Positions 57,378 to 64,000 of a stretch of DNA of 64,000 nucleotides are shown piece after piece. The notes under the pieces were generated by a model, which did no database searches, had not been told where the DNA came from, and saw nothing but the letters and a program-made list of their open reading frames with translations. Both the position numbers and the translations under genes were made by a program. This stretch comes from Candidatus Sulfotelmatobacter sp. (GTDB taxonomy: Bacteria > Acidobacteriota > Terriglobia > Terriglobales > Acidobacteriaceae): the NCBI GenBank assembly GCA_036269595.1, contig DATBEI010000059.1, positions 1,032 through 65,031 on the forward strand, written 5' to 3'. The stretch's first letter is position 1. Every line of letters starts with the position of its first letter.

Positions 57378-57791
57378 TCACTCCCCCATCACCTTTACGA
57401 TGACTCGCTTGTCGCGTTGCCCGTCGAACTCGGCATAGAAGATGCGCTGCCAAGTTCCGAAATCGAGTTTCCCCGCCGTGATGGGCACAATCACTTCGTG
57501 ATGAATGAGCAGCGCCTTCAAGTGAGAGTCGCCATTGTCCTCTCCGGTCTCGTGGTGCTTGTAGCCCTTGCGAAACGGCGCCAGATGCTCCAGCCACTGG
57601 TCGATGTCCTCGATCAGGCCGCTCTCGTTATCGTTCACATAAATACCCGCGGTAATGTGCATGGCCGAAACCAGAACCATTCCTTCTTGCACACCACTCT
57701 TTTCGACGATCTTCTCGACCTGCGGCGTGATGTGCACATACGCCCGATGAGTTTTGGTATGAAACGTCAAATATTCCGTGAGCGTTTTCAT
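57378..57791 (-). CDS. yjbQ: YjbQ/UPF0047 family protein (secondary thiamine-phosphate synthase)
   Basis: 137 aa. [33 protein letters not shown] and [13 protein letters not shown] motifs. Confidence 0.85.
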   Translation of the reverse strand: MKTLTEYLTFHTKTHRAYVHITPQVEKIVEKSGVQEGMVLVSAMHITAGIYVNDNESGLIEDIDQWLEHLAPFRKGYKHHETGEDNGDSHLKALLIHHEVIVPITAGKLDFGTWQRIFYAEFDGQRDKRVIVKVMGE

Positions 57792-57823
57792 TTCTGAATC
57801 CTGTTGTGGGTGGGTTTTAAACG

Positions 57824-59371
57824 CTAGCGAAGCACGTCCGCGACTTTTCCGCTCGTAATCAGCGAGGCAATGCGGGCGAAGTCAGCATACATGACTCGGT
57901 CTTTTTCCATCGTAGGACAGACGGAGCGAATTGCCGCGTGGGCGGCCTGTCCGCGCTTGGAGGTCTTCAGAGGCGCCAGGAAATCCAGCGCCTGGGCGAC
58001 GGCCATCGCTTCGATCGCTAATACGTTCCGCGTGTTGTCTACGACGCGCCGCAATTTCAGCGCGGCTGTCATGCCCATGGAGACATAGTCTTCCTTGTTG
58101 CCCGACGTCGTAATGGAGTCAACCGATGCCGGATGCGCCAGCACTTTGTTCTCGCTCACCAGGGCCGCGGCCGTCACCTGTGGCATCATGAAGCCGGAGT
58201 TCAGCCCAGCGCCCGCAGCCAGAAATGGCGGCAGGCCCTCGCTGAGCGCGGGATTCACGAGTCTCTCGATCCGCCGCTCGCTGATCCCCGCCAACGCGCT
58301 CAACGCGATCGCCAAAAAATCCAAAGCAAACGCCAACGGTTCACCGTGGAAATTTCCGCCGGAGATCACATCGCCCTCGGTGTTCGTGGCATCGGTGAGG
58401 AAGACCAGCGGATTGTCTACCGCGGAGTTTGCCTCCGTCTCAAATATTTCGCGGCAATGCGCCAGCGTGTCTCGAACTGCGCCGTGAACTTGCGGGATAC
58501 AGCGCAGCGAATAGGCATCCTGCACTCGTCCGCATTGGCGATGCGACTCCCGGATCTGGCTACCCTCCAGCATGCGCCGCAAATTTGCCGCAGACTTTAT
58601 TTGGCCCGCGTGCGGGCGCGCCTTGTGAATGCGCTCGTCAAAAGCCGTGTCGGTCCCTTTCAGCGCATCGCAGCACAGGCCGCCCAGCACATCCGCGGTG
58701 TCTACTAAAGTTTCGGCCGCCAATAAGGCCAGAGTTCCCACCGCGAGCATGGCCTGCGTCCCGTTAATCAGGGAAATCGTTTCCTTGGCCTCGAGAACGA
58801 GAGGCTTAATCTGACCGCGCTTCAACGCCTCGGCGCTGGGAATGCGAACGCCCCTTTCATCGAAGCATTCGCCTTCGCCAATCAGCGCCAACGCAAGATG
58901 GGCCAGCGGAGCCAAGTCACCGCTGGCTCCCACGCTGCCCTGCGACGGCACCACCGGCGTGACACCGCGGTTAAGCATCTCGCAAAGCGTGTCGATGACG
59001 ATCGCCCGCACGCCGGAATGACCTTTGGCCAGAGAATTCGCGCGCAACAGCATCATGGCGCGAGTCTCGGCAATCGGCAGCGGTTCGCCCACGCCGACTG
59101 CATGCGAGCGAACCAGATTGACTTGCAGTTCCCGTATCTGATCGCCGGCAATGCGTACGTCGCTCAGTTTGCCCACGCCAGTCGTGATTGCGTAGGCGAC
59201 TTTGTTGCTGGCGACGATGTCATCGACGACGGAGCGCGCCTGGTTGACTGCGTGCCGCGCATCGGCCGCAAGAAGCACGGCGCGCCGGGTTTCGACGCTC
59301 GCTACCTCGCGAACCGCTTCCAGCGCCAAATCGTTCCCGTTAATGTGAAGTGCGTTCAAGAGAATATTCAA
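57824..59371 (-). CDS. hutH: Histidine ammonia-lyase
   Basis: MIO-forming [15 protein letters not shown]. 515 aa. YGITTGVG-like block [11 protein letters not shown]. Confidence 0.93.
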   Translation of the reverse strand: MNILLNALHINGNDLALEAVREVASVETRRAVLLAADARHAVNQARSVVDDIVASNKVAYAITTGVGKLSDVRIAGDQIRELQVNLVRSHAVGVGEPLPIAETRAMMLLRANSLAKGHSGVRAIVIDTLCEMLNRGVTPVVPSQGSVGASGDLAPLAHLALALIGEGECFDERGVRIPSAEALKRGQIKPLVLEAKETISLINGTQAMLAVGTLALLAAETLVDTADVLGGLCCDALKGTDTAFDERIHKARPHAGQIKSAANLRRMLEGSQIRESHRQCGRVQDAYSLRCIPQVHGAVRDTLAHCREIFETEANSAVDNPLVFLTDATNTEGDVISGGNFHGEPLAFALDFLAIALSALAGISERRIERLVNPALSEGLPPFLAAGAGLNSGFMMPQVTAAALVSENKVLAHPASVDSITTSGNKEDYVSMGMTAALKLRRVVDNTRNVLAIEAMAVAQALDFLAPLKTSKRGQAAHAAIRSVCPTMEKDRVMYADFARIASLITSGKVADVLR

Positions 59372-59405
59372 GATTACGCATTCTTATTCTTCCGCCATAG
59401 CGCGC

Positions 59406-59849
59406 TTATTTTCCCATCGCCTCGCGAAAAGCCGTCAAATAGCGCTCTGGCAGTGCCGAAACCTTCATTTGAGAGTCCGTGACGATGTGTGTGGTCTCGC
59501 CCTCCGCCAGGAGCGTGCCGCCCTCAGCGCGCACCAGTTCGTAACTGAATACAACCACCGATTCGCGCACCGCCTTCAGGCGGGTTCTGACCAGCACCTC
59601 TTCGTCGTAAAACACGGGAGCTCGGTAGCGGCACTTCACTTCGGCGACAGCGATGAAGCATCCATCCTCGCGTTCCATATCGCGATATGAGAATCCCATC
59701 TCCCGCATGAGTTCGACCCGCCCGACTTCGAACCAGATCAAATGGTTCGAATGATAGACGACGCCCATCTGATCGGTTTCGGCGTAACGCACGCGCAATC
59801 GCGTTTCATGAAATGCGTGCGGAGTTTTAGACCTCATTTGCCTGTCCAC
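59406..59849 (-). CDS. Acyl-CoA thioesterase, YbgC/4HBT hotdog family
   Basis: RVRYAETDQMGVVYHSNHLIWFEVGR signature. Overlaps the upstream hydratase gene by 16 nt. Confidence 0.85.
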   Translation of the reverse strand: MDRQMRSKTPHAFHETRLRVRYAETDQMGVVYHSNHLIWFEVGRVELMREMGFSYRDMEREDGCFIAVAEVKCRYRAPVFYDEEVLVRTRLKAVRESVVVFSYELVRAEGGTLLAEGETTHIVTDSQMKVSALPERYLTAFREAMGK

Positions 59850-60616
59850 ACAGGTTTGCGCTTTTCGAGAAACGAAGAGATCCCTTCGCGGAAATCCGCA
59901 GTCGAGCGAATCGCCGCATTCTCCCGCACGGCGCCTTCAATCTGGACGTCGAGCTCCTGTCGGGCGTGGTCGGTCAGCAACTGTTTCGTTGCACGCAATG
60001 ATGCCGCACTGTTCTCCATCAGCAATGCGGCCAGTTCGCGGGCGCGCCCCATCAGGTTCTCCGCCGGTACGATTTCGCTGACCAATCCCATCCGCGCCGC
60101 TTCCTCCGCTTCAAAAATTCTTCCCGTCAGCAAAAGGTCGCGCGCTTGCTTTTCTCCCACTTGTCGCAACAGAAAGGTGGAAACAATCGCGGGCACAAAT
60201 CCAATTCGCACTTCTGTGTAGCCAAACTTCGCTTCCGGAACCGCCAGCGTGAAGTCACACAGCAGCGCTAGTCCCGTTCCGCCCGCAATGGCTGCGCCAT
60301 TCACGGCGGCAATCGTCACTTTGGGGAACTCATAAAGTGACCGGAACAACTGGACCATCGTCTGCGAATCCTGCAGGTTCTGCTCGGGCGTTCGGCCCAG
60401 CAGGGACTTCAGATTATCCAAGTCCATGCCGGAGGAAAAAGCTCTGCCCGCTCCGGTAAGGATCAGGACAATAGCCTCTGACTTCGCGACCTCACCGAGC
60501 GCACGGACCAGATCGTCAATCAGTTCGAAACTGATGGCGTTGCGCTTCTCAGGGCGGTTCAGCGTGATCGTCGCCACTCCGCCTTCGTATGCGAGTTGTA
60601 TGGTCTTGTAACTCAT
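59834..60616 (-). CDS. Enoyl-CoA hydratase/isomerase (methylglutaconyl-CoA hydratase by context)
   Basis: ATITLNRPEKRNA, AFSSGMDL, AAVNGAAIAGGTGLALLCD crotonase blocks. Trimmed to ATG 60616 (MSYKTIQL...). Confidence 0.85.
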   Translation of the reverse strand: MSYKTIQLAYEGGVATITLNRPEKRNAISFELIDDLVRALGEVAKSEAIVLILTGAGRAFSSGMDLDNLKSLLGRTPEQNLQDSQTMVQLFRSLYEFPKVTIAAVNGAAIAGGTGLALLCDFTLAVPEAKFGYTEVRIGFVPAIVSTFLLRQVGEKQARDLLLTGRIFEAEEAARMGLVSEIVPAENLMGRARELAALLMENSAASLRATKQLLTDHARQELDVQIEGAVRENAAIRSTADFREGISSFLEKRKPVWTGK

Positions 60617-60632
60617 AAGCAAAGAAAACCTG

Positions 60633-60707
60633 CCGCGGATTTTACGGATTACCACAGATCAAAACCCGGTATTTATCCGTGCAGATCCGTGCAAATCCGT
60701 GGCCGCG
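60633..60707. repeat. Imperfect palindromic intergenic element A: two inverted arms, each three ~10-bp-spaced ACGGAT/ATCCGT heptads
   Basis: Right arm has ATCCGTG at 60675, 60685 and 60695 (exactly 10-bp steps). Left arm has CGCGGAT at 60634, TACGGAT at 60643 and CACAGAT at 60653. Confidence 0.8.
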
Positions 60708-60709
60708 CT

Positions 60710-61588
60710 TCAATCTGCGGCATGCGAACTTGAAAATCTTGCGCCGATTCCTGCCGTTGCCTTCAGCAGCGAATCCAAGGGCTTTAACGGCGGAAAGTGC
60801 GCTCCCCGCCGCCCGAGTGTCTCGATAACGGTCTCGGTCGGGATGTTGCCAACCAACGCGTCCTGCGCAAAAGGACAGCCGCCCAAGCCGCCCAATACCG
60901 AATCAAAGCGGCGGCAACCCGCGTCATACGCCGCGAGAATCTTTTCGGCGGCCTGCTCGGGGCGACTGTGCAAGTGCACGCCAATCTCAAGGTAGTCGTA
61001 CTTCGCCATCGCCGCGCCTACCAGATCGCCGACTTGCTGCGGGGTCGCTACGCCCACCGTGTCGGCCAGAGAAATCATCCGCAAATTATCCACTTCCATC
61101 AGCGAGATCGCCTCAATCACCTCATCGGGATTCCACAAATCACCGTAAGGATTCCCGAACGCCATGGAGATATAGACGACTACATCAAGCCCGGCGTCTT
61201 CAGCTTTGTTCTGAACCTTCTCCAGTTCTTCGAGGGCGTTCTCCGGCGACTGATTCTGATTTTTGCGCAGGAACGTTTCTGAAATCGAATAGGGAAATCC
61301 CAGCGTCGAAACCGCCTTGGTCGCAATCGCTCGTTGCGCGCCGCGTTCATTCACCACGATACCGATAATCTCTACGTCATCGGGAGGATCGAGTTCCTTC
61401 AAAACTTCTTCCGAATCCGCCATCTGCGGCACGGCTTTTGGCGACACGAACGACACCGCGTCGATGTGCTTAAACCCCACACTGATCAAGGCTTTGAGGT
61501 AGTCGGCCTTCAAGTCGGCAGGAATCAATCCTGGCAGCCCTTGCCAGGCATCGCGCGGACATTCAATTAGTTTGACAGTATCGGCCAT
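60710..61588 (-). CDS. Hydroxymethylglutaryl-CoA lyase
   Basis: ECPRDAWQG N-terminus, TIM-barrel DRE-type blocks, GVHLHSRPEQA, GGLGGCPFA. Confidence 0.9.
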   Translation of the reverse strand: MADTVKLIECPRDAWQGLPGLIPADLKADYLKALISVGFKHIDAVSFVSPKAVPQMADSEEVLKELDPPDDVEIIGIVVNERGAQRAIATKAVSTLGFPYSISETFLRKNQNQSPENALEELEKVQNKAEDAGLDVVVYISMAFGNPYGDLWNPDEVIEAISLMEVDNLRMISLADTVGVATPQQVGDLVGAAMAKYDYLEIGVHLHSRPEQAAEKILAAYDAGCRRFDSVLGGLGGCPFAQDALVGNIPTETVIETLGRRGAHFPPLKPLDSLLKATAGIGARFSSSHAAD

Positions 61589-61597
61589 AAGTCCTCA

Positions 61598-61681
61598 GCC
61601 ACGGATCAACACGGATTCGCACAGATCAAAAAATCATGATGATTCTTTTAAAATCCGTGTCCATCCGTACAATCCGTGGCC
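61598..61681. repeat. Imperfect palindromic intergenic element B, same family as element A
   Basis: Left arm has CACGGAT at 61600, CACGGAT at 61610 and CACAGAT at 61620. Right arm has ATCCGTG at 61653, ATCCGTA at 61663 and ATCCGTG at 61672. It shares CACAGATCAAAA with element A and ends 3 nt from the hmgL-type gene's GAGGA Shine-Dalgarno. Confidence 0.8.
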
Positions 61682-61684
61682 AAG

Positions 61685-63394
61685 TTATGTTTGTAGCACT
61701 CCAACCTTAAACTCCGCCACGTCGGGGTTCAGCGCTGCAGCTTCCAGCGCCTGAGTGATTGCGTCCCTAGTTTCGATAGGATCAATAATTTTATCGATCC
61801 ACAAGCGCGCCGCGCCGTACCGTGGATCAGTTTGCTCGTCATAGGTGCGCTTCACCGACTCGTAGAGCTCTTTTCTTTCTTCGGCGCTCAGCTTCGTGCC
61901 GCCGCGCTCGAGTTGTTTTACCTTGATCTCGACCAGCGTGCCTGCCGCCGAATCCCCGCTCATGACCGCGTAGCGCGCCGTAGGCCAAGCAAATACAAAT
62001 CTGGGATCATATGCCTTCCCGCACATCGCATAATGCCCGGCGCCGAAAGATCCGCCCACGATCACTGTAATCTTCGGGACCACGGAATTCGAAACCGCGT
62101 TCACCATCTTCGCGCCCGCTTTGATGATGCCGCTCCACTCCGCGTCCCGTCCCACCATGAAGCCATTCACGTCGTGAAAAAAAATCAGCGGAATGAGATT
62201 CTGATTGCAGTCCATGATGAAGCGCGCAGCCTTCTCGGCTGACTCAGTGTAGATCACACCGCCAAACTCAACCCGTTTGTGGCCTTCGTGATCGGTCTGT
62301 TGCGCGTGTAACTTCTGGTTGGCAACAATGCCTACCGCAAAACCGCCGATGCGCGCGTACCCGCAGATCAGCGTCTTTCCGTATTCTGGTTTGTATTCGT
62401 CGAAGCGGCTGCCATCGATCACGCGCGCCAGCACTTCCTTCATGTCATAGGGTCGCGCCGGCGACGAATCGTAGACTCCATAGATTTCTTCCGCCGCCAG
62501 TTCCGGTTCCACAGGCTTCTTCCGGTCCCACGGAGAGAGCCGGCGGTATCCCCACTTCTCCACAATCGAGCGAATCCGCGCGATGCAAGCCTGGTCGTTG
62601 GCCTCGCGAAAATCGATCGTGCCGCTGATGGCCGAGTGCATGGCCGCGCCCCCCAGTTCTTCCGCAGAAACTTTCTGCCCGATCGCAGCCTGTACCAGTG
62701 CTGGCCCTGCGAGAAAAAGTCCGCTGCCATCAGTCATCAGCACGTGATCGCACATGACCGGCAAATATCCGCCGCCCGCGACGCACATGCCCATGATGGC
62801 GGCGATCTGCGGAATGCCCATCGCCGACATGACGGCGTTATTGCGAAAGACCCGCCCGAAATCGTCAGTGTCGGGAAACACATCTTCCTGGAGCGGCAGA
62901 AAAACACCAGCAGAGTCGACCAGATAAATCGTGGGAATGCGATTCTCGATGGCGATGTTTTGCGCCCGAATCACTTTCTTCGAGGTCATGGGAAAAAACG
63001 CGCCCGCTTTCACGGTGGCGTCGTTGGCGATGATCATCACCATGCGGCTCTCAATGCGAGCCAACCCGGTAATCACGCCCGCGGCAGGTGCGCCGCCCCA
63101 CTCCTCATACATGCCGTAAGCGGTGTAAAGACCCAGCTCGAAAAATGTATCTGGATCGGCGAGAAGGGCAATCCGTTCGCGGGCCGTCAACCGGCCCTTG
63201 GCATGCTGGTTTTCAATCGCATTGGCGCCGCCGCCCTCGCAAATCTTTTCGCCTTCATTGCGCACTTGCGACATCAGGTCCGCCAGAAACCGCATGTTGG
63301 CTTCGTAGCGCGCCGAAGTGGGATCGATCTTCGTGGTCAGTACATTTCCCGGCGCAGACGAGTTATTGGTGGGAGCTTCGTTACGGTTCGCCAT
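61685..63394 (-). CDS. Acyl-CoA carboxylase carboxyltransferase (beta) subunit, methylcrotonyl-CoA carboxylase by context
   Basis: 569 aa. Duplicated crotonase-like CT domains (DATVKAGAFFPMT, GMCVAGGGYLPVM, GGSFGAGHYAMCG). Confidence 0.88.
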   Translation of the reverse strand: MANRNEAPTNNSSAPGNVLTTKIDPTSARYEANMRFLADLMSQVRNEGEKICEGGGANAIENQHAKGRLTARERIALLADPDTFFELGLYTAYGMYEEWGGAPAAGVITGLARIESRMVMIIANDATVKAGAFFPMTSKKVIRAQNIAIENRIPTIYLVDSAGVFLPLQEDVFPDTDDFGRVFRNNAVMSAMGIPQIAAIMGMCVAGGGYLPVMCDHVLMTDGSGLFLAGPALVQAAIGQKVSAEELGGAAMHSAISGTIDFREANDQACIARIRSIVEKWGYRRLSPWDRKKPVEPELAAEEIYGVYDSSPARPYDMKEVLARVIDGSRFDEYKPEYGKTLICGYARIGGFAVGIVANQKLHAQQTDHEGHKRVEFGGVIYTESAEKAARFIMDCNQNLIPLIFFHDVNGFMVGRDAEWSGIIKAGAKMVNAVSNSVVPKITVIVGGSFGAGHYAMCGKAYDPRFVFAWPTARYAVMSGDSAAGTLVEIKVKQLERGGTKLSAEERKELYESVKRTYDEQTDPRYGAARLWIDKIIDPIETRDAITQALEAAALNPDVAEFKVGVLQT

Positions 63395-63493
63395 GGGTCA
63401 ACAAAATGATACGCGGACTGATTACGGTATACCACGCGGGCTTCGGCGCGCAATGCTCGCGAGTCCCTAGTCCAAATAGAAAAACGTTCGATG

Positions 63494-64000
63494 TTACTGG
63501 CGAATGCGTCGTACTGCCTCCGCCACAGGATCAGCAGCGATCGCATCGACTAGCCCGATTCGTAAGGCCTGAGAGGCCGCTATTTTTTCTGCTGCCACAA
63601 ACATTTCCAATGCCCGTCCTTTGCCAATCAGTCGCGGCAAACGCTGCGTACCGCCCCAGCCAGTGATTAGCCCCAGGGCCGCACCACGATGGCCAAACAC
63701 AGCATGTGGCGAGGCAATCCGATGATCGCACGCCAGCGCCAGATCGAGCGCGCCTCCCATACAGTACCCGTCGATGGCTGCATACACAGGAGTAGGGAAG
63801 TGATCGATCGCTTCCATCAATCGCTGGCCCATCTGGGCGAATTCAAACGCATCAGTTCCTTTGAGCCGTGAAATTTCTCTCAAGTCCGCACCCGCAGAGA
63901 AGAAGCGATTGTTCGCGGCAACAATCAGCGGCGCACCGTTCGAAGCCAACTCGCCAATCTCGTCCGCCAACGTTTGCACGCAATCGCGCGTAAGCCGGTT
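63494..64000 (-). CDS. Enoyl-CoA hydratase/isomerase family protein, 5' end beyond the window
   Basis: FFSAGADL, AAIDGYCMGGALDLALACD, GWGGTQRLPRLIG. The frame stays open upstream of the GTG at 63979 to the window edge. Confidence 0.8.
   Translation of the reverse strand, partial: NRLTRDCVQTLADEIGELASNGAPLIVAANNRFFSAGADLREISRLKGTDAFEFAQMGQRLMEAIDHFPTPVYAAIDGYCMGGALDLALACDHRIASPHAVFGHRGAALGLITGWGGTQRLPRLIGKGRALEMFVAAEKIAASQALRIGLVDAIAADPVAEAVRRIRQ

Noticed and set aside
60633-61681. CRISPR-like or tandem-repeat locus
   Set aside because: The repeats are 7-nt cores at 10-bp spacing, with only three per arm, arranged as inverted arms and separated by a complete gene. There is no repeat-spacer structure.
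1-64000. tRNA, rRNA, transposase, integrase, phage or toxin-antitoxin/defence genes
   Set aside because: I scanned the intergenic regions and the ORF list and recognised none. Their absence cannot be proven without tRNAscan, Rfam or HMM searches.

Overview
High-GC, gene-dense chromosomal segment with no rRNA, tRNA, CRISPR, transposase or integrase that I could recognise. Gene content and style suggest an Acidobacteriota-like soil bacterium, but that is inference only. About 55 genes are supported. From left to right they are: (1) an RND-adaptor-OMF efflux operon, gnd, and a diadenylate-cyclase-like gene. (2) An 8-gene minus-strand operon joining a caa3-type cytochrome c oxidase (ctaC-ctaD-ctaE) to a Rieske/cytochrome b complex in qcrCAB order, plus ctaG. 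(3) A short decayed zone holding an encapsulin remnant and a 5'-truncated Mn-catalase. (4) A second 10-gene minus-strand operon in which a XoxF-type PQQ alcohol dehydrogenase with a DYD lanthanide signature, xoxJ and c-type cytochromes sit between subunits I/III and subunit II of a second, divergent haem-copper oxidase. (5) kdsC and an adaptor-RND-FtsX-FtsX efflux operon with no ATPase gene. (6) A glucan and compatible-solute block: malQ, treS, a GpgS-like glycosyltransferase, a GH94-less cyclic beta-1,2-glucan synthase-like gene, an NdvA-like ABC exporter and a GH144-like enzyme. (7) Miscellaneous genes, including a LuxR regulator with a degenerate receiver domain. (8) A leucine-catabolism cluster whose intergenic gaps carry palindromic elements built from 10-bp-periodic ATCCGTG heptamers. 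The best candidate for an undescribed system is the XoxF-plus-dedicated-oxidase operon. Its subunit I lacks both the D-channel Glu and the K-channel Lys that the paralogue 12 kb away retains. All functional calls rest on motif recognition by eye, because no database search could be run.
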